Origin: a virus
Reading direction: 5' to 3' (one strand)
Virus record (IMG/VR): IMGVR_UViG_3300008267_000009
Coordinates: 36,564-100,563 of that record
Length of the DNA: 64,000 nucleotides
Shown: piece after piece, positions 1 to 10,549 of the stretch
How positions within the stretch are numbered: the first letter of the stretch is position 1
Layout of the letters: each line of letters starts with the position of its first letter
Made by a program: the position numbers and the translations under genes
The notes under the pieces: generated by a model
The model's database searches: none
What the model saw: only the letters and a program-made list of their open reading frames with translations
Told to the model about the DNA's origin: nothing

Positions 1-2
1 AG

Positions 3-140
3 TTTAAGTTCTACAGCATTTTTATATCAGAGATTTCCCCAACTAGTCCTTCTGAAGAAATCCAGGGATTTTTGTCTTCAGATGTAATCCTTGAAGTTAA
101 GTATGCCAGGATATCTGACGTAAATGGCAGGTTTGTATAG
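3..140 (+). CDS. 3' end of a virion protein (probably tail terminator/completion protein), truncated by window edge
   Basis: Open frame FKFYSIFISEISPTSPSEEIQGFLSSDVILEVKYARISDVNGRFV-TAG immediately upstream of the tail tube gene; function from position only. Confidence 0.5.
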   Translation, partial: FKFYSIFISEISPTSPSEEIQGFLSSDVILEVKYARISDVNGRFV

Positions 141-143
141 AGT

Positions 144-172
144 TTGCCTTTGGGTCGTTTATCCACTACAAT
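144..172 (+). promoter_or_regulatory. Candidate sigmaA-type promoter for tail operon
   Basis: TTGCCT-17 nt-TACAAT; AGGAGG SD before ATG 242. Confidence 0.5.
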
Positions 173-241
173 TAGACAAGAGGAACGGCCTAGCCAGCCA
201 CAAAAACTTAATATTATGTTTAAAAAACAGGAGGTATAACA

Positions 242-955
242 ATGGCATTTAATAATGCAAAGAATATTCTTGTTGGTGCATCACCACTATATGTATCAGT
301 CAAGGATTCAACAGATCCATCATACGTTGAAAATATTCTAGATTCAGGTTCAGGAGTTTCATTTGCTCCAAGAACATCAGCCGCAACTACACTTGCAGCA
401 TCTAATCTAGTTCGTAACGTTGGTTTCACCAACAATGGTCTTCAGATCACTTACAACCCAACATATGATTCAGTAACAGTAGATCAGCTTCTTGATACAG
501 CTAAGCTTTTCAAGTCAGCGATGGAAGTTATGATTGCAACCGAAATGTCTGAAGGAACACTTGCAAACGTTCTTTTGGTATTCGGACAGGGAGCTTCAAC
601 TCTCACAAAGGATAACGTAGCATCAACAGATGCATACCCTACAAAGGGCGCAACAGGTGCAGACGATAAGTCTCTAACACTTGGCCTTGAGGCTGGAGCA
701 CTTGGTGTTCAGCCAACAGAGCGTCAGTTGTTTGCAGTTGGTCAAGCACCAACTCTTGCAAAGGGTGCATCGGCAGAAGTAGCAGCAACAACAGAGCGTG
801 TATATTATGCACGTCGTGTTCTTTCTGTACAACAGTCACAGTTCTCACTAGCACGTAATACACCAACAACTTTCCCAGTAACATTCCGTCTGCTTCCAGA
901 CGCTAATTACACTGGTTCAGAATATGGTAAGATTATTGACCGAGTTCTTGCGTAA
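242..955 (+). CDS. Major tail (tube) protein
   Basis: 237 aa, strong SD, NVGFTNNGLQITYNPT...TVDQ and PVTFRLLP tail-tube-like motifs; precedes chaperone and tape measure. Confidence 0.85.
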   Translation: MAFNNAKNILVGASPLYVSVKDSTDPSYVENILDSGSGVSFAPRTSAATTLAASNLVRNVGFTNNGLQITYNPTYDSVTVDQLLDTAKLFKSAMEVMIATEMSEGTLANVLLVFGQGASTLTKDNVASTDAYPTKGATGADDKSLTLGLEAGALGVQPTERQLFAVGQAPTLAKGASAEVAATTERVYYARRVLSVQQSQFSLARNTPTTFPVTFRLLPDANYTGSEYGKIIDRVLA

Positions 956-970
956 TTAATTTATTAATTA

Positions 971-1004
971 ACAGGGCCCCCCAGAAATGGGGGGTCTTCT
1001 GTTT
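971..1004 (+). terminator. Rho-independent terminator
   Basis: GGGCCCCCCA-GAAA-TGGGGGGTCT stem followed by T-rich tract. Confidence 0.8.
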
Positions 1005-1060
1005 GTGGTGATAATACCTATATGTTATAATAAATGAGACTAGATCCTAGGAGGATTAAA

Positions 1061-1393
1061 TTGGCAACAACAGTATATAATGTAGAAGAAATCACCTTAC
1101 AAAATGGTGCCGTAGTAAAACTTAAGCCTTTAACAATTAAAGAGCTTAGAAAGTTTATGCAAGCCATCCAAAGAACTGGTGAAGCAACAACAGAAGATGA
1201 AACTCTAGATATTTTAATTGATGCAGTAGCAGTAGCACTAGAAAAGCAGCAACCAGAACTCGTAGCAAATAGAGACGCATTAGAAGATGCTCTTGACGTT
1301 CCAACCATCAACCGCATACTTGAAGTATGTGGTGGTATTAAGTTGGACGACCCAAACCTACTAGCGGCAGCGGTTCTGGCTGGTCAGAACTAG
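1061..1393 (+). CDS. Tail assembly chaperone (gpG-like)
   Basis: TTG start after AGGAGG SD; between tail tube and tape measure; slippery site near 3' end. Confidence 0.8.
   Translation: MATTVYNVEEITLQNGAVVKLKPLTIKELRKFMQAIQRTGEATTEDETLDILIDAVAVALEKQQPELVANRDALEDALDVPTINRILEVCGGIKLDDPNLLAAAVLAGQN
1351..1357 (+). other. Programmed -1 frameshift slippery heptamer C CCA AAC
   Basis: X XXY YYZ in chaperone frame; -1 frame opens right after TAA at 1339-1341 and runs to 1722. Confidence 0.75.
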
Positions 1394-1722
1394 ACTTAGC
1401 CGCTTTATTAGGAGAAGTTTTTCTTTTAGGTCATTGGAAAAATTACGAAGAACTAGAAGAAAGTCTTTCAATGCCAGAGTTATTGCAAACATTGAAATCT
1501 ATTAAAAAGAAAGAGTCGGAGGAAAGAAAGTTTCTTGCAGGAATGCAAGGTATCGATCTTAACATCGAAGAAGAAAAAAACGAAGGTCCTACCTTTGAAG
1601 ATGTCAGAAGAAAAGCATTAGGAATTGAAGCAGACGGATCTGACATAGTTTCACTACAAGGACAATTTGCTGCAGAAGCAGGATTTGGAATTGGAGCAGG
1701 TTTAGGATATTCTAAGGAGTAA
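1351..1722 (+). CDS. Tail assembly chaperone frameshift extension (gpGT-like)
   Basis: -1 frame reads PKPTSGSGSGWSELDLAALLGEVFLLGHWKNYEELEESLSMPELL..., i.e. the 1471 ORF extends upstream without its own SD. Confidence 0.75.
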   Translation, partial: PKPTSGSGSGWSELDLAALLGEVFLLGHWKNYEELEESLSMPELLQTLKSIKKKESEERKFLAGMQGIDLNIEEEKNEGPTFEDVRRKALGIEADGSDIVSLQGQFAAEAGFGIGAGLGYSKE

Positions 1723-1725
1723 TAA

Positions 1726-4700
1726 ATGGCTGATGAACAAGTAAGAACCCGAATTACCGCAGATGCGGATTTTTCGGGACTCATTGCAGATGTTCATAAA
1801 GTAACCGCATCCCTATCTAAACTGCAAGAAAAAATTGCATCATCAAACAAGATGTTTGCAAATCAAATTGCAGTAATGAATAGGTCCTTTTCGGACACTT
1901 TAAGAAGCACAGGCCAATTTTCAACACACTTTGTAAGCTTAAATTCTGATGTAGAAAAATTTGGAAAAAATTTAGATTCAGGACAGCTTAAGTTAAATCA
2001 ATATTATAAGACTATGCAAAATCACGCCAAAACATCTGGCGGACTTATTAGAGATCTTGCAAAACAACAAGTAGCATTGCAAAACGCAATTATACAGCCT
2101 CTGGGAAGAAATGCTCAGGGGCTAATGCAATTTAACGTACAGGTGCCTAGAGGCCTTGACGAAGTAAAAAATAAAACTGCAATTGCAAGACAAGAACTTC
2201 AGATTATGAATAAAGTTGTTCAGCAGGGCGCTGGTCAACTTATTAACTGGGGTAAAAATACACAGTGGGCAGGTCGTCAGTTAACTGTAGGTCTTACACT
2301 TCCTCTAGCAGCATTTGGAAAAGCTGCAGCAGATGCTTTTAGAACGGCAGATGCAGAGTTAACAAGACTTGTAAAGGTTTATGGAGATACTGCTGGAACT
2401 ACAACAGAAGAATTAGGTAAGGTAAGACAAGAGGTTGAGGCAACAGCTAAAGCTTTATCTCAAAATTTAGGTGCGTCATATAGAGAAACTTTAGCGCTAG
2501 GCGCAGATATTGCAGCAACAGGAAAAACTGGACAGGAGCTTATTGCTTCAATCGAAGAAACAACTAGACTTGCAGTGCTTGGAGAAGTTGATAGAGCAGA
2601 AGCAATGAAAGCAACATTAGCAATTCAATCTGCATTTAAACAAAATACAGATCAACTATCAGAATCAATTAACTTTTTAAACGCAGTTGAAAACCAAACA
2701 TCAACAAGTCTAAATGATTTGGTGGAAGCAATTCCAAAGGCTGGACCAGTAATTCAAGGTTTAGGCGGAAGCGTAAAAGATTTAGCTCTTTATTTAACAG
2801 CTATGCGTGAAGGTGGAATTAATGCATCTGAAGGTGCTAACGCACTAAAATCAGGTCTTGCATCTTTAATTAACCCTACAGATAAAGCTGTAGAACAATT
2901 TAAGGGATTTGGAATAGATCTTTTAGGAATTGTAAATGACAATGCTGGAAGCACCACAGATACCTTACTTGCTTTGCAAGCAGCATTAGATCAGCTTGAT
3001 CCATTAAAAAAGCAACAAGCAATTGAAAATTTATTTGGTAAATTCCAGTTTTCTAGAATGAATGCCCTATTTGAAAATCTAGGAAAACAAGGAAGCCAGA
3101 CACTACAAGTTTTAGACTTAATGAAAGCAAGCACAGGCGATTTGGGAGCATTGGCTGATCGAGAATTAAAGGCTGTTACAGAATCTGCTTCTGGAAGATA
3201 TAATAGAGCTGTAGAAGGATTAAAGGCTGAGTTGGCCACAGTAGGAAATCAATTTTTAGCAATTAACACAACATTAATTAATGTTGTTACAAAAATATTA
3301 GAATTTGTAGATAATTTACCTAAGCCATTAAAACAAGTACTAACATTATTTGGAGGGCTAACAGCTGTAGCTGGACCACTTATTATGTTAACTGGTGTAC
3401 TTGCAAACTTCTTTGGATATATAGTAAAGGGTGTATTCCATATGAAGGCTCTGTTTAAAGGCGGAGAAGGATGGAAATATTTAACTCCAGAAATTTTAGC
3501 AGCAGAAAAAGCTGGAAGTTTAATTGAACAAACTCTTTATAGCGATGCTAAAGCAGCAGGAGTTTTACAGCTAGCATTAAGAAATCTTATTGATGAGTTT
3601 AGTGTTCTAGAAGCAAAAGCAGCAACTGGTTCAATATCTGTAGCCCCAGCAGTTAACACTATGGCTGGAAATTTAGTTCAACGAGCAGGCGCAGGAGCAA
3701 GAGTAGTTGATAAAAATCACCCACTTGTAGGACCAGCTTATTCAAGGGCAAGTTCTCACATGAATCCTCGTGGAGTTATGTCAACAACAGAAAGACTTAA
3801 TCAAACAATGTTCGGCATGGTTCCTGGATCTATTCCAGTAAATCAAAGAATTGGTCAGAACCCACAAATTTATGCAGAGTCAGAATTACCAAATATACCA
3901 GGACTTACAAGAGTTAATGGAGCATCTACTGGCATAGTCGCCTCTGAAGCTGGAAAATGGCATGCAATGATGGCGACATTAGGCATGCAGTCAAAAGCAG
4001 AAATTGCTGCACTTAAAAAATCTATTGCTACTACTGGATTAGCAAGCGCAGAATTTATGCAAGTGTTTGACGATGTTTTGCCAGCAGTTCAAGCTATTAC
4101 TAAAAATGCAGCAATTGAGTCAAGAGCAATCATAGCACAACTTGAAGCAGGAGCAATGAATGTTCAACAGGCTAGAGCAGAAATTATGGCACTAAACTCT
4201 AGGACAGAAGCTCTTATTGCAGAAACAACTATGGCACAAGCAAAGGGAATGGGTAGGACTTTAAATCCAACTGTAATTCCTACATTAAATCAGCCAGTTG
4301 TAACGGCTACTGGTAAGTCTAATATGCGTGAGCTTTTTAAGAAAAGCAAAACAAAAAACTTTATTGATAGTATTGCTAGAAATTTAGGAGTAAGAACATC
4401 AGGTGCTGGTTATAATATAGAGACTACTAAGCCAAAAAATTTCAATGATGGTGGATATGTATATACAGCAAATGATGGAAGCATAGTTCCTGGGCCAAAC
4501 ATAAATGCAGATGTTGTTCCAGCAATGCTTACACCAGGAGAATTCGTTGTAAATGCTCAGGCAACAAAACAAAACCTACCATTGCTTATGGCTATTAATG
4601 GTGGCGCTGGAGGAACAGGTCCAAACTTTAATGGCGGAGGAACAGCCACAGATCTAGATTTATACAGACAAATATTGTCTATTGAAGAAAGATATGCAAC

Positions 4701-7700
4701 ATCTCCAAACTGGGGAGATGAGGCTAGATTTAGAGCTATAATGAATAATGCTAGCGCACTAGTGCCTCTTGGCGTAGATCCGTCAGATGCAATTGCTATG
4801 GCAACAGCGGACGTAGATACTGCTTTAAGAAATTCTTTTAGAAAAGATTTACGTGGCGGGCAAGGTGAGATTGATAGAAGATTATTTAAAGAGCAAGCAA
4901 GAAAAGTAACTCAAGCTAGACACAGATATATTAAACAAAAATATGGAAGATCATTGCTTACAAAAAATGCTGGCGGTCTGCAGGCTTTGTCTGCAAAACA
5001 AGCAAATCAAGATTCTGTAAAACTTTTAAGATTACTAGAAGCATCAGATCCAAAAATGGCGGCAAGGGTTTTCCCTAGATTATTCCCAGACGTAGACCCT
5101 TCTAAAATTAGACTATCAGATTTAACAAGTAGAAATCTTTTTGAATCAGAACACGTTTCTCCAAAAGACAAGTCTGGCTTTAGAAACTGGGGATATAATG
5201 CTGCAGGTAATTATATGCAGGCAATTGCTGGCGAGTCTAATATTAATAGATTGCACAACACTCTTGGAAATAGAGGCCTTGTTCCAAATGCCGTGCCGTT
5301 AACAACATCATCTGCAGAATCAGTGCAGAAACAAATGAGAGCTAAGCGTGGAAATATATCTTATCCAAAAGCAGTTTCAATGTCTCCTTCTAGAAGTACC
5401 AGAATTGCTAAAGCAATAATTGGTGCATCTTCAAGAAGAAGATTATTTAGTATGGCTTCTGCTGGCGGAATGAATAAGGGCGGAATGGTTTATGCAAACA
5501 AGGGAGGAATAATACCTTCATTAAGATCTGGATTTAGCGAGGGACGTGCTGGAAAATCTGGAGGAGAGCCTTCCGAAATGGGAGGAATGGGACAATTTGG
5601 TTTAGGTATGGGCTTGCAAATGGCTGGCATGTATACTGGAGGAAGCCTTGGAACTGGAATGATGGCTTCAGGAACTGCTCTTCAAATGTTGCCTATGTTA
5701 CAAATGCTAAAGCCAGCAATGGGACAATTAAAAAATATTACTGGGGCAGTAAGTTTATTTGGAAGAATTGCTGGATCAGCGTTTAGAATAGCTGGAGCAG
5801 CAGTAAAATTCTTTACTGGCCCTGTTGGACTAGCAATAATTGCAGTAGGTGGTTTAGTTGCAGCATATAAATTAATTAAAAAAGAAATAGCAGAACAAAG
5901 AAGAGAAACAGCTTTGTTAAATGGAATAACAAAAGAAGGCGCAAAAGAAGCTGGAATATCTTATGAAACAATGACAGAAAAGCTAAAGCGTGTTAACGCT
6001 GAACTAAAGCTTCAAAGAGAAAAAGGATTGCTTGCCTATGAAGCAACAACAAATTCTGGAGTATCTGGATTAACATTAACAATTGCAGAGTTAAAAAAGC
6101 TTAAAGAAACTGCAAAAGAAACTATGCCTACGCTGTATGCAACATTTAATAACATTGATTCTTCTAAGGTAAATGATTTAGCTGCTAACCTAAAAGCACA
6201 ATTTGTTGCAGGCGGAATGAGTGCACAAGACGCTACAAATAAAATTTATGCATTAATTGAGGCATCTAATAAGGCTGGTCAAGGATTTAATGCAATAGCT
6301 CAAAAGGGTTTTCAGCAAATTGTAGATAAAGGGTCTGCAGCATCCTTTACTATAGAAACATTAAAGGGAAATATTTTAGATTTTGAAAAAGGAATTAGAG
6401 ACGTAGATTCTGCAGCTTTCTCTGGCAATGTTGATTCAGTTATTAATTCTTTAGAAGGAGCAGTAAATGCTTTAGTTGGAACAAGAGATGCTAGTGGGCA
6501 AAAAATAACAGAAGCTCAAGCATTAGTTATGCAATACGAAAAGCTTAATACTCTAGGGGTAAAAAATCTTCAAATTGGAGAAACCGCTCTAAATAATTTA
6601 AAGAAAGAAAATCCTTTGCTAGCAAGCATATTAAAGTCAACGGATACTGTTGGAGGAATGTGGGCAAAGGTAAGATTACAGACTGCTGGAGTTAATGTTA
6701 ATTTAAAAAACATGAGCTCTGAACTAGCAATATCTCTTTCTCTTTACCAAGATGCTTTAGAGCAAGCAGGCGATCAAATAGAATCTGGAGAAGTTGTTTC
6801 AGATGCATTAGGAAAAGCAGCAGCGGGATCCAAAAAACTTGGCGAAGAAATTAAAAAGAATTCTGATATTCTTAAAAAGGCAGAAGATGCTCAAATAGGA
6901 ATGGATAGGGCAGCTATTAAAAGAATTAATGACAAGATTGCTGCAATAAGAAAAGAGGCAGATGCAAAAAAGAAAGCAATGTCAGATGCCCTTGAATCAG
7001 AAAATACAGAATTAGAGTTACAAAAACTTCAATTAGAAGCACAGGCTCAACTAGCTCGTGGAGACAGAGATGGTTATGCACAGACACAGCTTGCTATTAA
7101 ACAATTGGTAAATGAAACCCAAGCTAAAAAGGCTATGCAAAAAGTTGATGAACTTGCTCAAAAAGAAGAAGACAAGTGGAGAAAGAAGCTAGATGACGAT
7201 CAAGAAAAGAAAGATAGACAAGGTGATAAGGTTGATGCTGCAAATAAAGGAAACAATAGAGCGGTAGAGACAAAAGCCAAGGTAGACGAGTACCTTGCAA
7301 AGCTTACAGCTCTTGCACAAAGAATGTCTAATGCTCAAAGATTAAAAGATCCAACAAGAAGAAAAGAATCTGTAGATGCTGTAACTGGAGAAAAAAATCT
7401 TTTAATTGAAAATCTTGGCAAAGAGTCTAAAGAAGTAAGAGAATTTTTTAGCAATTATGTTGACCCTTCAACTGGTAAAAAATTAAAGGGTGTTGCTAAG
7501 TGGGGTGGCGGAGCAGATTCTGAATTTAATAAGCTTGTTCAAGAAATGGAAAAACAGGCTGGCACCAACTATGACAAGATGGTTAAAGACCTTGGTGGGG
7601 GTTCAACTTTAAATGACGTTGTAAGAGCAATGGGTGGTAAAGCTCCAGTAACAAGAAACATTACAGCCGATAATTTAAGTTCTATTTTAAAGGGTTCAGA

Positions 7701-8196
7701 AAAACTTAGCGACTTGTTTAAAAAGAATGGTGACCTTACAGACATAGCTAGAACAAGACTTATAAATAAATTTAAGTTAAAGCAAGATGATGTCTTTAGA
7801 TATGGGGAAGATGAATATAGAGTCACAATAGGAGAAGATGCTATTCTTCATGATGCTAAGGCTGTAAAAAGAGCTGGCGGAGGAAGATTTACCCCTGGAC
7901 AAACATATACCATAAATGATGGAATGAAAACAGAAGGTATTAGGTTTGATATGCCTGGAACCATATATCCTAATATTAACACTTCTCCAAGATATAATAT
8001 TCCTTCAAATAGCATAAATGGAATGAGCGGCGTATCAAATAATGCATCTTCTTCAAATTGTGTGTATAATGTTAACATAGCTCTCAACGGAACAAATGTA
8101 AGCGTTGATGAGGTTGTAATGAGATTTAAGCAAGAGCTTTCAAGAATGGGAGCTAAAGAGGGAAGAATTAAAACAATTGGAGCTGGTGTAGTATGA
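1726..8196 (+). CDS. Tail tape measure protein with inserted central domains
   Basis: 2156 aa, Ala/Gly/Leu-rich helical, TP901-like core in N-terminal third, DVVPAMLTPGEFVV motif, follows chaperones. Confidence 0.92.
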   Translation: MADEQVRTRITADADFSGLIADVHKVTASLSKLQEKIASSNKMFANQIAVMNRSFSDTLRSTGQFSTHFVSLNSDVEKFGKNLDSGQLKLNQYYKTMQNHAKTSGGLIRDLAKQQVALQNAIIQPLGRNAQGLMQFNVQVPRGLDEVKNKTAIARQELQIMNKVVQQGAGQLINWGKNTQWAGRQLTVGLTLPLAAFGKAAADAFRTADAELTRLVKVYGDTAGTTTEELGKVRQEVEATAKALSQNLGASYRETLALGADIAATGKTGQELIASIEETTRLAVLGEVDRAEAMKATLAIQSAFKQNTDQLSESINFLNAVENQTSTSLNDLVEAIPKAGPVIQGLGGSVKDLALYLTAMREGGINASEGANALKSGLASLINPTDKAVEQFKGFGIDLLGIVNDNAGSTTDTLLALQAALDQLDPLKKQQAIENLFGKFQFSRMNALFENLGKQGSQTLQVLDLMKASTGDLGALADRELKAVTESASGRYNRAVEGLKAELATVGNQFLAINTTLINVVTKILEFVDNLPKPLKQVLTLFGGLTAVAGPLIMLTGVLANFFGYIVKGVFHMKALFKGGEGWKYLTPEILAAEKAGSLIEQTLYSDAKAAGVLQLALRNLIDEFSVLEAKAATGSISVAPAVNTMAGNLVQRAGAGARVVDKNHPLVGPAYSRASSHMNPRGVMSTTERLNQTMFGMVPGSIPVNQRIGQNPQIYAESELPNIPGLTRVNGASTGIVASEAGKWHAMMATLGMQSKAEIAALKKSIATTGLASAEFMQVFDDVLPAVQAITKNAAIESRAIIAQLEAGAMNVQQARAEIMALNSRTEALIAETTMAQAKGMGRTLNPTVIPTLNQPVVTATGKSNMRELFKKSKTKNFIDSIARNLGVRTSGAGYNIETTKPKNFNDGGYVYTANDGSIVPGPNINADVVPAMLTPGEFVVNAQATKQNLPLLMAINGGAGGTGPNFNGGGTATDLDLYRQILSIEERYATSPNWGDEARFRAIMNNASALVPLGVDPSDAIAMATADVDTALRNSFRKDLRGGQGEIDRRLFKEQARKVTQARHRYIKQKYGRSLLTKNAGGLQALSAKQANQDSVKLLRLLEASDPKMAARVFPRLFPDVDPSKIRLSDLTSRNLFESEHVSPKDKSGFRNWGYNAAGNYMQAIAGESNINRLHNTLGNRGLVPNAVPLTTSSAESVQKQMRAKRGNISYPKAVSMSPSRSTRIAKAIIGASSRRRLFSMASAGGMNKGGMVYANKGGIIPSLRSGFSEGRAGKSGGEPSEMGGMGQFGLGMGLQMAGMYTGGSLGTGMMASGTALQMLPMLQMLKPAMGQLKNITGAVSLFGRIAGSAFRIAGAAVKFFTGPVGLAIIAVGGLVAAYKLIKKEIAEQRRETALLNGITKEGAKEAGISYETMTEKLKRVNAELKLQREKGLLAYEATTNSGVSGLTLTIAELKKLKETAKETMPTLYATFNNIDSSKVNDLAANLKAQFVAGGMSAQDATNKIYALIEASNKAGQGFNAIAQKGFQQIVDKGSAASFTIETLKGNILDFEKGIRDVDSAAFSGNVDSVINSLEGAVNALVGTRDASGQKITEAQALVMQYEKLNTLGVKNLQIGETALNNLKKENPLLASILKSTDTVGGMWAKVRLQTAGVNVNLKNMSSELAISLSLYQDALEQAGDQIESGEVVSDALGKAAAGSKKLGEEIKKNSDILKKAEDAQIGMDRAAIKRINDKIAAIRKEADAKKKAMSDALESENTELELQKLQLEAQAQLARGDRDGYAQTQLAIKQLVNETQAKKAMQKVDELAQKEEDKWRKKLDDDQEKKDRQGDKVDAANKGNNRAVETKAKVDEYLAKLTALAQRMSNAQRLKDPTRRKESVDAVTGEKNLLIENLGKESKEVREFFSNYVDPSTGKKLKGVAKWGGGADSEFNKLVQEMEKQAGTNYDKMVKDLGGGSTLNDVVRAMGGKAPVTRNITADNLSSILKGSEKLSDLFKKNGDLTDIARTRLINKFKLKQDDVFRYGEDEYRVTIGEDAILHDAKAVKRAGGGRFTPGQTYTINDGMKTEGIRFDMPGTIYPNINTSPRYNIPSNSINGMSGVSNNASSSNCVYNVNIALNGTNVSVDEVVMRFKQELSRMGAKEGRIKTIGAGVV

Positions 8197-8666
8197 CAAC
8201 AGTAAAGTTGCCTAGAGGATCAATATTACAAATAGAGGCAAAAGATTTATTGGCAACCCCTGCTGGCACCACTCTTATTTGGAATAAGGTTACAGAGCAT
8301 AATAGATCTGAGTTTAATATGTCTATTGAAAGAATAGAAAAAGTTGTTAGAACATCAAATGGCACACTTAGAAAAAACCATATTGCTGATAAAAGAATTT
8401 TTTCTACATCTTGGGACATGCTTCCTTCATATAGAACTTTTACTGTAGACGGAGCATGGGGAGCAGAAGACATTAGATCATTTTATTTATCTGATGCTGG
8501 AAAATCTCCATTTAATATTAGAATTAATTTAGCAAAAACTGGATCAGATCAATCTTCTTCTGGATACGAATCAGCAACAGTAATGTTTAGCTCATGTAAT
8601 TTTACACTTATTAAAAGAGGCTCCCAGCCTTTTTGGAATGTTTCTCTGACATTGGATGAGGTATAA
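8193..8666 (+). CDS. Distal tail (Dit-like) / minor tail protein
   Basis: 157 aa directly after TMP; RTSNGTLRK...WDMLP...WNVSLTLDEV pattern. Confidence 0.6.
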   Translation: MTTVKLPRGSILQIEAKDLLATPAGTTLIWNKVTEHNRSEFNMSIERIEKVVRTSNGTLRKNHIADKRIFSTSWDMLPSYRTFTVDGAWGAEDIRSFYLSDAGKSPFNIRINLAKTGSDQSSSGYESATVMFSSCNFTLIKRGSQPFWNVSLTLDEV

Positions 8667-10549
8667 TGATATCTGCTCTGGAGTCTACTAAAACAAATAT
8701 TAATCAAAGTGCTTCTTTAAGATTAAAGTCTGGCTGCACATTTGAGTATAATATGAATAGATTAGTAGATAATATTGTTGCTTCTGGTACAGAGTATGTT
8801 GCCGCAGATGGAAGCAAACCATTTAAAAAATTGTTTCCAGTAGATTCAGTTATTAAACCAAATAGACCGCTATCGGCAGGAATTAAGTACGCAATTAGCG
8901 GAGACGTATCACAAAATAGTTATAGAAATCCTAAATCAATTTCTTACCCTATAAGCTATAGAACGTATTATCCTGGAGCAGATACACTATATAAATATTA
9001 TATTTCTCCAAAAGGTTCTGGTCTTTCTGTTACATTAACTTATCCAAAAACAATCTTAACAAATAAGATAGTGGCAAGGTTTGAGCTTGCTCATTCAACA
9101 CCAGCAACATGGACAATATCTGGAAATGGATCAACTTTAGCAACTGGAACATCAGCAAGTATTGCAGCATTTGGAACTAGCAATGCAGGAACTTTAACAA
9201 TATATTGGAACGGTACTTCATGGTCCACAACAGAGCCATCAACTATATCTGCACCAGTTAGCCTTACAAGCATAGGAATTTCAACTCCTGGAGTTACAAA
9301 TAAATATATTGGTCTCATAGAGCTCTGTCCAAAATGGGTAGTGGATGTTTCAGATAGAATAACAGAATTTTCAATGTCTAAAGAGTCTTCTACTGGAGCA
9401 GATGAAATTCTTCCAGTTGGAAAAATAACAGCAAACTCACTTTCGTTGTCCTTGGTTTCTTACGAAGATAATAGAGTTGTTCAGACATTTGATAAAACAA
9501 ACAACTTTGATTCTTCAAAAATATACATATATAAACAAATTGAAGTTCATCCTTATATTAAAGTTTATCATTCTGGTGGAAATTTAACAGACTCAGAAGG
9601 ATCTTATGAAAAGATAGAGCAAGGAGTTTTTTTCTGCGACAATTGGAGCACACAAGAATTTGGAGAAATAGAACTAGAGGCCCTTGATTCTGCCAAGCTT
9701 TTGCAAGAAACTATGTGCCCAAATATTGTTTGTGAAGGGTATTCTGTTCCTGGAATTATAAGAAGATTGTTAGATGCAGTAGGTTTTACGTCTTATAATA
9801 TTAATCTTTTATCTACAGAAACTTCACCATTAAGTCCAAAATACTGGTGGTCGGATGACACAAAAACTGTATGGCAAGCGCTTCAAGAAATTTGTAGGGA
9901 TGCACAAATTACAGGAGTTTGTGATGAAAACAATATACTTCAATTTTACACTAGAGATTATATATTTAGCCCAACTAGACCAGTTGATTGGACGTTTAGA
10001 TATGCTTCAGATGGCTTAAACTTAGCAAACATTTTGTCTTTAAATAAAACAGATCTTCCATCTGCAAACCAAATAAAGATTTTATGGAATAGCGTTACAA
10101 CTAATCAATATGCTGGAGGATCTCAACAAATTTGGTCATCTAGCAATAGTTTTATGGGAGCACTTTCTTTAGAACAAAATTTATTAACTACAGCAGGAAC
10201 AGGTTCATTTGTTTCATTAAAAGCTGTAGAAACAAATGAGTATGCAGCAAACCAAATACTTTTTGAATACAGTGGATATTTAGTTATTGATTCTGAAATT
10301 ATAGAATATGATGCTGTTGAATATCAATATGAACAAGAAAATGGAAATAAAGTTTTAGTTATTGTTCAAAGCGATTCCGATGTGTTAAAGTTCCTAGGAC
10401 TTGGTGCAATTGGTTCTGATAAATATATTAGAACTGGAAGAGTTAGAATTAAAACAAGAGGGGCATTTGGTACAACAATTGATAATCATTATGCTGCAGC
10501 GCAAGATATATTAGACTCCTGGTCGGGGTATGAGGTGAAGTGGGTATAA
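8666..10549 (+). CDS. Minor tail / baseplate hub protein (N-part)
   Basis: 627 aa; TVWQALQEICRDAQ...CDENNILQF hub-like signature; tail context. Confidence 0.65.
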   Translation: MISALESTKTNINQSASLRLKSGCTFEYNMNRLVDNIVASGTEYVAADGSKPFKKLFPVDSVIKPNRPLSAGIKYAISGDVSQNSYRNPKSISYPISYRTYYPGADTLYKYYISPKGSGLSVTLTYPKTILTNKIVARFELAHSTPATWTISGNGSTLATGTSASIAAFGTSNAGTLTIYWNGTSWSTTEPSTISAPVSLTSIGISTPGVTNKYIGLIELCPKWVVDVSDRITEFSMSKESSTGADEILPVGKITANSLSLSLVSYEDNRVVQTFDKTNNFDSSKIYIYKQIEVHPYIKVYHSGGNLTDSEGSYEKIEQGVFFCDNWSTQEFGEIELEALDSAKLLQETMCPNIVCEGYSVPGIIRRLLDAVGFTSYNINLLSTETSPLSPKYWWSDDTKTVWQALQEICRDAQITGVCDENNILQFYTRDYIFSPTRPVDWTFRYASDGLNLANILSLNKTDLPSANQIKILWNSVTTNQYAGGSQQIWSSSNSFMGALSLEQNLLTTAGTGSFVSLKAVETNEYAANQILFEYSGYLVIDSEIIEYDAVEYQYEQENGNKVLVIVQSDSDVLKFLGLGAIGSDKYIRTGRVRIKTRGAFGTTIDNHYAAAQDILDSWSGYEVKWV

